From a virus (Duplodnaviria; Caudoviricetes): a stretch of DNA of 25,339 nucleotides. The notes below the pieces were generated by a model. The model was not told the origin of the DNA and did no database searches. It saw only the letters and a program-made list of their open reading frames with translations. A program made the position numbers and the translations under genes. Below are positions 8,530 through 15,427 of the stretch, piece by piece (the first letter of the stretch is position 1; every line of letters starts with the position of its first letter). The stretch is from positions 1 to 25,339 of IMG/VR virus record IMGVR_UViG_3300020401_000081; one strand, written 5' to 3'.

Positions 8530-9351
8530 TTAATAACCTCCTAAACGTCTTTGACTGCTACCAGACATTTGTCTGCTTAAACCAACTTGACTGCCAGCCG
8601 CACGACCAGCACTTGCACCTGAGCCACCTGTTTCATAGCCTGATCCACCTCTTCCAATACTTGGGTAACGTTCAGCATAAAACTCTTCAACCTTAGCTAA
8701 TTCCGCTTTATTGGCTTTAGTAATAGCTAAAGCAGAAACGTTAATAGTTTTACTAGCTAATTTTAATTGAGTACCGTTTCTTTCTTCATCAGCTTTCATT
8801 TTTTCGAAACGTGCTTCAACTTCCCAAGCCCAATTCTTTCTAAAACTGTTTCTATGTGCTGCACCTTCCATAGCAACTTGAAATGGGTCTTCTTGACAAT
8901 GTCTCGCCCAAGCATCTTGTAATGCTTGTACTAAGTAATCTGTATAAATTTCTATTTCTATCTTTCTAGCTTTGTTAGCAGTGATTTCCATTTGTCTATA
9001 TATGTCACCTTTTTTATCTCTTATGTATTCTTTTTGATGTTTTTGGTTTCCACTTCTTTCAAACTTAAAAGGAGTAAAAACAATTTTACCGTTATAGTAA
9101 TCAGCAACAGCACCAACAATAATTGAAACTGCTGGGTCAATACGTTTGTAAGGTGTTCCGTATCTAAAAGCAATAACTTCAATTTCTTCCTCAACTACAG
9201 ACATATCGCCTAGTTGTGCTTCTAATTGGTCAAGGTCAATTCCTCGTTTTTCAAGTTGCTGCTGTAATTTAGCTTTTGCTAAATTTGCTTCATGTGGATT
9301 AGTACTTTCAGTTAGTGCTAATAATTTGCCTAAAAATGAAGTGTCTCTCAT
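8530..9351 (-). CDS. DUF2786-domain protein
   Basis: N-terminal KLLALTESTNPHEANLAKAKLQQQLEKRGI matches the DUF2786 pattern, followed by the RNSF motif and a Gly-rich tail. Start reassigned to ATG 9351 (GAGG at 9361-9364, 9 nt spacing). Confidence 0.8.
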   Translation of the reverse strand: MRDTSFLGKLLALTESTNPHEANLAKAKLQQQLEKRGIDLDQLEAQLGDMSVVEEEIEVIAFRYGTPYKRIDPAVSIIVGAVADYYNGKIVFTPFKFERSGNQKHQKEYIRDKKGDIYRQMEITANKARKIEIEIYTDYLVQALQDAWARHCQEDPFQVAMEGAAHRNSFRKNWAWEVEARFEKMKADEERNGTQLKLASKTINVSALAITKANKAELAKVEEFYAERYPSIGRGGSGYETGGSGASAGRAAGSQVGLSRQMSGSSQRRLGGY

Positions 9352-9373
9352 TTTGTAATTCCTCAATGGGGTG

Positions 9374-9403
9374 AATAGTTAGAGTTATCATTCCCTAACT
9401 ATT
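9374..9403 (-). other. Inverted repeat / 5'-leader hairpin
   Basis: AATAGTTAG (9374-9382) and CTAACTATT (9395-9403) form a perfect 9-bp inverted repeat, extendable to 11 bp with a G-U pair on the minus-strand RNA. It starts at about the predicted +1. Confidence 0.65.
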
Positions 9404-9406
9404 GTT

Positions 9407-9436
9407 AATATAACATATATACTAAGCATACGTCAA
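9407..9436 (-). promoter_or_regulatory. Sigma70-type promoter for the reverse-strand two-gene cassette
   Basis: Minus strand reads TTGACG (9436-9431), 18-nt spacer ending in TGn, then TATATT (9412-9407): a near-consensus -35 and extended -10. Confidence 0.7.
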
Positions 9437-9487
9437 CTATTAATAACAAAATATTCTGATAATATGTTGTATATCTAATATTTAAGA

Positions 9488-12163
9488 ATGGCAAAAGTAA
9501 ATGGAACTGAAATAAGTTTGATGCCAACAGATGGTATGAAGGTTGCAGCAAAACGATATAAAAAATGGAAACAAGAGGGCAAAAAAGGTGGTACTGCTGT
9601 AGCAGCAAGACGAGCAACTCAAATACTAAGTGGCTCAGAACTTAGTGTGGATGTAGTAATGCGTATGTTTAGTTTTTTCGCACGGCACGAAGTAGATAAA
9701 AAAGCTGAGGGATTTAATTCTGGCGAAGAAGGTTTCCCATCAAAAGGCAGAGTGGCTTGGGACGCTTGGGGAGGTGACAGTGGTTTTAGTTGGAGTCGGA
9801 AAAAATCTGAGCAAATTAAAAAAGCAAGAGCAAGATTTGATGATACGCTTTTAAATGAGTATGATAAAGACAACATGAGTGAGAATTTTATGGATTCAAC
9901 ATTAGAAAAAAAGCCAGAAAAATTAAAAGCAGCACCTGATGAATTAAAAGTTGGTGATTATGTTTCTTGGAACTCTAGTGGTGGTAGAGCCAGAGGATTA
10001 ATTGAAAAAGTAGAAAGAAATGGGACTATAAACATACCTGACAGCAGTTTTACTGTTGATGGCACAGCAGAAGATCCAGCTGCATTAATTTGTATTTACA
10101 GACCTGCTCCAAGTGGAGGTGGTTTTGTTAAAACAGATAAATTAGTTGGTCATAAGTTTAGTACATTAACTAAAATTGATGATTTACCATTAAATGAAGA
10201 ATATGGTGGCCGTCCATGGCATGATGATGATAAAAAATCAGATAATAAAGAAATACAACAATTTAGGAAAGTAAATTTAAATGAATTAGTTGAAAGAAAT
10301 AAAGGACAATCTTTAGTACAAACAAGAGAACTAAAAGCACAAATTGAATCAGATGGCAATGAATTATTTTTAAGTTTTAGTTCAGAAGAACCAGTTGCAA
10401 GATATTTCGGACAAGAAGTTTTATCGCATGATAAGGGGGCTGCTGACCTATCACGTTTAAACAACGGAACTGCCCCTTTTCTTTGGAATCATAATCGTGA
10501 CGAGGTTCTTGGCGTTGTACAAAATGCAGAAATATCAGATGATAGAAGGGGTTATGCAACTATTAAATGGAGCAGAAATCCTAACGCTACAGAAAAACGT
10601 AATGATGTAGAAGATGGCATTATTTCACAAGTAAGTTTTGCATATCAAATAAATGAAATTGAGGAACGTGGCGATCAGATGGTTGTTACCTCATGGAAAG
10701 CCATGGAAATAAGTTTGGTTTCGGTGCCAGCAGACGCTTCCGTTGGAGTAGGGCGAAGTTTAGAAAATGACGATAAGATTGAAATTAAACAGGTTGCAGA
10801 TTCTCCACCAAAAGAAAATGCAGCCGACCTAGAGCAATCTAGGGAAGCTTTGACGGCTCAAGCTCCGTCATCTAGTCCAACTTTAACTTCCAAAAATATG
10901 GAGCAAACTAAAGAGGCTGCAAGCAAAGCCGTTGAAGCAGAGCAAAAACGCAGCCAAGATATAATCGTTGCTGAAAGAAGCCGTGCAAATGCGGTAACAG
11001 CAATGGGCGAAAAATACAATTGCCCTGATTTAGCACATAAGTTAAATCAAGATGGTGCATCAGTAGAAGATGCTCGCCACGCTATCAACACTTACAGAGA
11101 GGAGAGACTCAACAACGTGGAACAAACACAAATACAAAAAGCCCCAGAAGTAGGCTTAGATCAAAAAGAAATTAAAAGATTTTCTTTCACAAGAGCTTTG
11201 CATGCTTTGTCAAATCCAACAGATAGACAAGCACAAGAAGCTGCTGCTTTTGAAAGAGAAGTCTCTGACGCTACATCTAAAAAGTATGGCAGACCCGCTG
11301 GCGGTATTCTTGTTCCAAACGAAGTGCTTGAGCAAAAAAGAGATTTAACAGTTGGCTCCGCAACTGCTGGAGGTAACTTAGTTGCTACAGAATTATTAGC
11401 TGGTTCATTTATTGAGCAGTTGAAAAATTCTATGGCCATAATGGCTGCCAACCCTTCTATGTTGACAGGACTTGACGGTAACATTTCAATTCCTAGACAA
11501 ACATCAGGAAGCACCGCTTATTGGGTAGGAGAAGGATCAAGTCCAACAGAAAGTAACCTAGCGTTTGACCAAGTGAACATGACTCCTAAGACAATTGGAG
11601 CTTTTGTTGACTACAGCCGCCGTTTACTATTACAAGCATCTGTTGACGTTGAGCAAAGAATCAGAAATGATATTGCACAAAACATAGCTCTTGAATTAGA
11701 TAGAGCAGCTATCTATGGTACAGGTTCTTCAAACCAGCCTTTAGGTATTAAAGATACAACTGGTATCGGTACACAGACTATTACTACTTTTGGTTCATTT
11801 GCTGAATATATAGCAATGGAAACCGACATTGCTGTAGCCAATGCTGAAGTAGCAAATATGTTCTATATCATTAACTCTTCTGCTAGAGGTGCTTTAAAGT
11901 CAACTGAGGTTGCATCAGGCACAGGCAAATTTGTTTTTGAGAACAATCAAATTAATGGTTATAACGCAATTGTCACAAACCAGTTAGCAAACAATGATTG
12001 CCTATTTGGTGACTTTAGTAAATTTACTATTGGTATGTGGTCTGGATTAGACTTAACAGTTGATCCATACGCTGGTGCTACATCAGGTAACGTAAGAGTT
12101 ATAGCTCTACAAGACGTTGACTATGCTGTAACACAGCCCGGAGCGTTCTGTTTTGGTACATAA
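9488..12163 (+). CDS. Prohead protease-major capsid polyprotein (HK97 fold) with two additional N-terminal domains
   Basis: Protease motifs FSSEEPV, PFLWNH (H335), VSFAY (S383) and EISLVSVPAD. Capsid motifs GGNLVATE, AYWVGEG, GTGSSNQPLGI and FGDFS. Confidence 0.93.
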   Translation: MAKVNGTEISLMPTDGMKVAAKRYKKWKQEGKKGGTAVAARRATQILSGSELSVDVVMRMFSFFARHEVDKKAEGFNSGEEGFPSKGRVAWDAWGGDSGFSWSRKKSEQIKKARARFDDTLLNEYDKDNMSENFMDSTLEKKPEKLKAAPDELKVGDYVSWNSSGGRARGLIEKVERNGTINIPDSSFTVDGTAEDPAALICIYRPAPSGGGFVKTDKLVGHKFSTLTKIDDLPLNEEYGGRPWHDDDKKSDNKEIQQFRKVNLNELVERNKGQSLVQTRELKAQIESDGNELFLSFSSEEPVARYFGQEVLSHDKGAADLSRLNNGTAPFLWNHNRDEVLGVVQNAEISDDRRGYATIKWSRNPNATEKRNDVEDGIISQVSFAYQINEIEERGDQMVVTSWKAMEISLVSVPADASVGVGRSLENDDKIEIKQVADSPPKENAADLEQSREALTAQAPSSSPTLTSKNMEQTKEAASKAVEAEQKRSQDIIVAERSRANAVTAMGEKYNCPDLAHKLNQDGASVEDARHAINTYREERLNNVEQTQIQKAPEVGLDQKEIKRFSFTRALHALSNPTDRQAQEAAAFEREVSDATSKKYGRPAGGILVPNEVLEQKRDLTVGSATAGGNLVATELLAGSFIEQLKNSMAIMAANPSMLTGLDGNISIPRQTSGSTAYWVGEGSSPTESNLAFDQVNMTPKTIGAFVDYSRRLLLQASVDVEQRIRNDIAQNIALELDRAAIYGTGSSNQPLGIKDTTGIGTQTITTFGSFAEYIAMETDIAVANAEVANMFYIINSSARGALKSTEVASGTGKFVFENNQINGYNAIVTNQLANNDCLFGDFSKFTIGMWSGLDLTVDPYAGATSGNVRVIALQDVDYAVTQPGAFCFGT

Positions 12164-12444
12164 TGAAACTTAAGCTCTTAAGAAACACAATGATAGCTGG
12201 CACTCCTACGAGTGCTGGCTCCATTATTGATGTTGAAGATCACATAGGTTTAATGCTTTTAAATATTCACAAAGCCGAAGAAGTAAAAGCACAAGAACCA
12301 AAAGTTGATAAACAGCCAAATTTTGAACGTATGACTAAATTAAATTTAGAAACATACGGAAAAGAGCTTGGATTAGAGCTAGACATTACAAAAACAAAAA
12401 CCGAATTAATAACTGAAATCCAAACTGCAATTTCAACAACTTAA
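12163..12444 (+). CDS. Small head-associated protein with C-terminal HeH/Rho-N-like motif
   Basis: Follows the capsid gene with TAATG overlap. Has the pattern MTKLNLETYGKELGLELDITKTKTELITEI. Confidence 0.6.
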   Translation: MKLKLLRNTMIAGTPTSAGSIIDVEDHIGLMLLNIHKAEEVKAQEPKVDKQPNFERMTKLNLETYGKELGLELDITKTKTELITEIQTAISTT

Positions 12445-12448
12445 AAAA

Positions 12449-12832
12449 ATGGCGATTATTCAACAAGCACTTGATAAATTACAATTATTTTCATGTGTAG
12501 CTACTGCTGCTGTAACAAGTACAGCAACATCAGCAGCTATAGATTTAAAGGAATATGACGGTGATGTTTCTTTAATTCTTACAAGTGCTGCTGGTACAGG
12601 TTCAAGTCCAACATTAGATGTAAAAGTTCAAGACTCTGATGCTAGTGATGGTACTTACGGTGATTTAAGTGGTGCAGCTTTTACTCAAGTAACTGATTCT
12701 GTATCTATGCAAGTAATCACATTTAAGAAAGACGAAGCAAAACGCTACATCAAAATAGTACAAACAGTTGGAGGGTCAACACCCTCATTTACGTTTAGTA
12801 TTAATGGTTTAGCACTAAACAAATACGGTTAA
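12449..12832 (+). CDS. Putative virion structural protein (head decoration-like, beta-rich)
   Basis: Thr/Ala/Ser-rich with TLDVKVQDSD and KRYIKIV. Sits before the terminator that ends the capsid unit. Confidence 0.55.
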   Translation: MAIIQQALDKLQLFSCVATAAVTSTATSAAIDLKEYDGDVSLILTSAAGTGSSPTLDVKVQDSDASDGTYGDLSGAAFTQVTDSVSMQVITFKKDEAKRYIKIVQTVGGSTPSFTFSINGLALNKYG

Positions 12833-12837
12833 TATAT

Positions 12838-12860
12838 AGCCCCTTAATGGGGCTTTTCTT
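12838..12860 (+). terminator. Rho-independent terminator
   Basis: AGCCCC-TTAAT-GGGGCT hairpin followed by TTTCTT, after the capsid/decoration genes. Confidence 0.8.
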
Positions 12861-13157
12861 ATGTCTTATATTGATTCCGATTTAGATGTTTTTCTTCAAG
12901 AACCTTTTGGACAAAAGGTTCATTATGCTGGCGGAACAAAAATTGGTATTTTAGATATGCCCGATCAAATATTATCTGGAGATATGATTTACTCAACAGA
13001 TTATGTTTTACAGGTAAAAACAACAGATTTTGCGGATTTGGAGATTGGTGAAACTATAAAAACTGATGTAAATGGCATACAAACTGCTTTTGAAGTTAAA
13101 GGACAAAGACTATTAGATGACGGTAAATTTACAGAAATAACACTTAGCAAGACATGA
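12861..13157 (+). CDS. Head-tail joining protein (gpFII-like)
   Basis: Size (98 aa), synteny, and GILDMP...DDGKFTEITL pattern. Confidence 0.65.
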   Translation: MSYIDSDLDVFLQEPFGQKVHYAGGTKIGILDMPDQILSGDMIYSTDYVLQVKTTDFADLEIGETIKTDVNGIQTAFEVKGQRLLDDGKFTEITLSKT

Positions 13158-13582
13158 GTACAAAACGAGAACTAATATTAACCAAAATAAAAACACAAAT
13201 AGCTGGCACTACTGGCTTAGGAACACGCATATTTAGAAGCAGGGTTACACCTGTTTCAAGGGAAGAAGGTGCTGTATTAATTTATGAACCTATTACCGAT
13301 AATTGTGAGCTTAGGAGAAATAATTTACAATGGACGCTACAAATTAGATTAAGTATTATTACAAGGGGGTCAAAAACAAAAACACTTGACCAAGCTGCTG
13401 ACCCAATAATTAAATCTTTACATACAAAATTAGTAAGTGATCTAACTTTAGGTGGAAACGCAATTGATATACAACCTAGAAGCGTAAGTTTTGACTTAGT
13501 AGATGGAGATCAACCTAGCGGAGTGGTATCTTTAGATTATATTATTATATATCAGACATCAATTGCTGATTTATCCACATAA
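13154..13582 (+). CDS. Tail terminator/completion protein (gpU-like)
   Basis: MSTKRELIL start, RIFRSRV and DLTLGGNA motifs, and position before the tail tube. Confidence 0.65.
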   Translation: MSTKRELILTKIKTQIAGTTGLGTRIFRSRVTPVSREEGAVLIYEPITDNCELRRNNLQWTLQIRLSIITRGSKTKTLDQAADPIIKSLHTKLVSDLTLGGNAIDIQPRSVSFDLVDGDQPSGVVSLDYIIIYQTSIADLST

Positions 13583-13593
13583 TTAACGCTATT

Positions 13594-13737
13594 ATGAATG
13601 ATAAGTACGCAGGTCAAGGGGGTTCTTACCTTATTGATCCTAAAACTGGTAAGAGAAAGCTGATTAGGCAAACTCAACCAGCCCAACCAACAGAATCTTT
13701 ACCAACAGAGGACACCTCAGATGCCAAAGAAAACTAG
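13594..13737 (+). CDS. Small 47-aa hypothetical protein (not in the ORF track)
   Basis: MNDKYAGQGGSYLIDPKTGKRKLIRQTQPAQPTESLPTEDTSDAKEN* fills the gap and overlaps the tail tube start by 17 nt. Confidence 0.7.
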   Translation: MNDKYAGQGGSYLIDPKTGKRKLIRQTQPAQPTESLPTEDTSDAKEN

Positions 13738-14653
13738 ACTAAGAGCTTTACTTGCAAAAGACGAAAGTACATACGGAACTGACCCTACTGCTACAGGAGC
13801 GCAAAATGCTATTCTTTGTACTGAATTATCAATAGAGCCAGTACAAAGTGACGAGGTTTCTAGGGATTTAATAAGAAGTTATCTTGGTAACTACGATACG
13901 CTTTTAGCAAATACAAGAGCGCAAGTAACAATAACAGTGGAGATGGCTGGGAGTAAAACAAAAGGGGTTGCACCTCAAATAGCCCCATTGCTTACATCAT
14001 GTGGACTAAGCGAAACTGTTGCTAGTGGTACTAGCGTTACTTATGCACCTGTTAGCAGTAATTTTGATTCTTGTACTATTGTCTATAATGCAGATGGTGT
14101 ACAGCATAAATTGACAGGCTGCCGAGGAACATTCAGTTTAAATGCTGAAGTTGGCTCAATTCCAACAATAACCTTTGTTATGACAGGATTGTATAATGCT
14201 CCAACTGACACAGCTATGCCAAGTTGTACATTTCAAAAACAAGCAGACCCCCTAGTTTTTAAACAAGGAAACACAACTGGCTTTCAATTTCAAGGTTACT
14301 CAGCATCTTTAAATACATTTAGTTTTGAAATGAATAATGAGATTGTTTATCGTGAATTAGTAGGAGGTACAAAAGAAGTTATTTTAAATAATCGTGCGCC
14401 CTCTGGCACAGTTCAAATTGAAAATATACCATTAGCTACAAAAAACTATTTCACTGCTGCAACTGATAACTTAAGTGGTAATAATACATTCCAACATGGT
14501 CAGTCTGATGGTAATAAAATAACAGTATCAATGCCAAAGGCTAATATTACAGCACCAGCTTATGCTTCTGTTGATGATATAGATATGCTTGATTTAGCTT
14601 ATACAGCAGTTCCTAACAGTGGAAATGATGAAGTAAGCTTAGTTTTTGCATAA
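13721..14653 (+). CDS. Major tail tube protein
   Basis: 310 aa, beta-rich, with AKDESTYGTDP and HKLTGCRGTF. Lies upstream of the chaperones and tape measure. Confidence 0.85.
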   Translation: MPKKTRLRALLAKDESTYGTDPTATGAQNAILCTELSIEPVQSDEVSRDLIRSYLGNYDTLLANTRAQVTITVEMAGSKTKGVAPQIAPLLTSCGLSETVASGTSVTYAPVSSNFDSCTIVYNADGVQHKLTGCRGTFSLNAEVGSIPTITFVMTGLYNAPTDTAMPSCTFQKQADPLVFKQGNTTGFQFQGYSASLNTFSFEMNNEIVYRELVGGTKEVILNNRAPSGTVQIENIPLATKNYFTAATDNLSGNNTFQHGQSDGNKITVSMPKANITAPAYASVDDIDMLDLAYTAVPNSGNDEVSLVFA

Positions 14654-14676
14654 TTATATATTTACTTTTTATAAAT

Positions 14677-14714
14677 AAGGGTTAAACTGTGCGTTACATG
14701 GTTTAATCTTTTTT
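14677..14714 (+). terminator. Long hairpin plus U-tract after the tail tube gene (terminator/attenuator-like)
   Basis: AAGGGTTAAACTGTG-CGTTA-CATGGTTTAATCTTT forms a 15-bp stem including G-U pairs, then TTT and the next ATG. Confidence 0.6.
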
Positions 14715-15122
14715 ATGGCACTAATTATTAACAAAGTTAAGACTTTTAAATGGACAGTTGAATATGAATATCCAGTAGATGATGATTTTGTAGAGGTTAA
14801 ATTTAAAGCTATTTTTAAGCGTATGCCACAAAAATTTCTTAATGAAATGGCAAAAAAAGCAACGCCAAAAAAAGATAAAGACGGAAATGAATTACCTAGT
14901 GATTTTGACCCTTTGGAATTATGTGAAAAGGTACTTATAGGGTGGGAAGATGTTTTTGTAATAAATGATAAAGGCGAAGAAGTGGAAGTTCCTTTTAATA
15001 AAGAAAATTTAAAAGAAATATTGCAAATTCCAATGTTAACTATGTATTTAGCAAAAACATTTTATGAAGGTCAAACAGGAAGAAAACTAAAAAACTTAGA
15101 GGGGCAGTCGATCATCTCTTAA
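14715..15122 (+). CDS. Tail assembly chaperone (gpG equivalent)
   Basis: VLIGWEDV...VPFNKENLKEIL pattern, position, and slippery site near the 3' end. Confidence 0.85.
   Translation: MALIINKVKTFKWTVEYEYPVDDDFVEVKFKAIFKRMPQKFLNEMAKKATPKKDKDGNELPSDFDPLELCEKVLIGWEDVFVINDKGEEVEVPFNKENLKEILQIPMLTMYLAKTFYEGQTGRKLKNLEGQSIIS
15089..15095 (+). other. Programmed -1 ribosomal frameshift site A AAA AAC
   Basis: Heptamer is in the X XXY YYZ phase of the gpG frame. The -1 frame is open from here to 15427. Confidence 0.8.
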
Positions 15123-15427
15123 ACGGTGGTGTTGAAGATAAATCGCATGATGATGCTGCTGTTTTAGGTATTAAAGGGCTGCCCTCACTAAGAGTAGAAA
15201 AAGATTTTGAAGTATGGGAAGAACATTGGGAGTCAGTAATGTTTTTTATAAGAATGATGACTCAGTGGAGAACTACTATGGGAGGTGTTATTGGTTTTGA
15301 TTATAATGTTTTACAAATGCTATTTGACTTGTATGATGTAGATAATCGTAAAGAAATTTTCGAAGATATACAAGTCATGGAACGTGAAGCTATGATACAC
15401 ATGAATAAAGATAGGAAAGGTAAATAA
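15095..15427 (+). CDS. gpT-equivalent C-terminal part of the G-T frameshift fusion (DUF1799-like)
   Basis: -1 frame reads LRGAVDHLLNGG...FEVWEEHWESVMFFIRMMTQWRTTMGGVIGFDY...IQVME. The ORF-track entry 15239..15427 is only its last part. Confidence 0.8.
   Translation, partial: LRGAVDHLLNGGVEDKSHDDAAVLGIKGLPSLRVEKDFEVWEEHWESVMFFIRMMTQWRTTMGGVIGFDYNVLQMLFDLYDVDNRKEIFEDIQVMEREAMIHMNKDRKGK

Noticed and set aside
10850-10878. TTGACG as an internal -35 promoter element
   Set aside because: The -10 at 17-nt spacing (TAGTCC) is poor, so it is not supportable.
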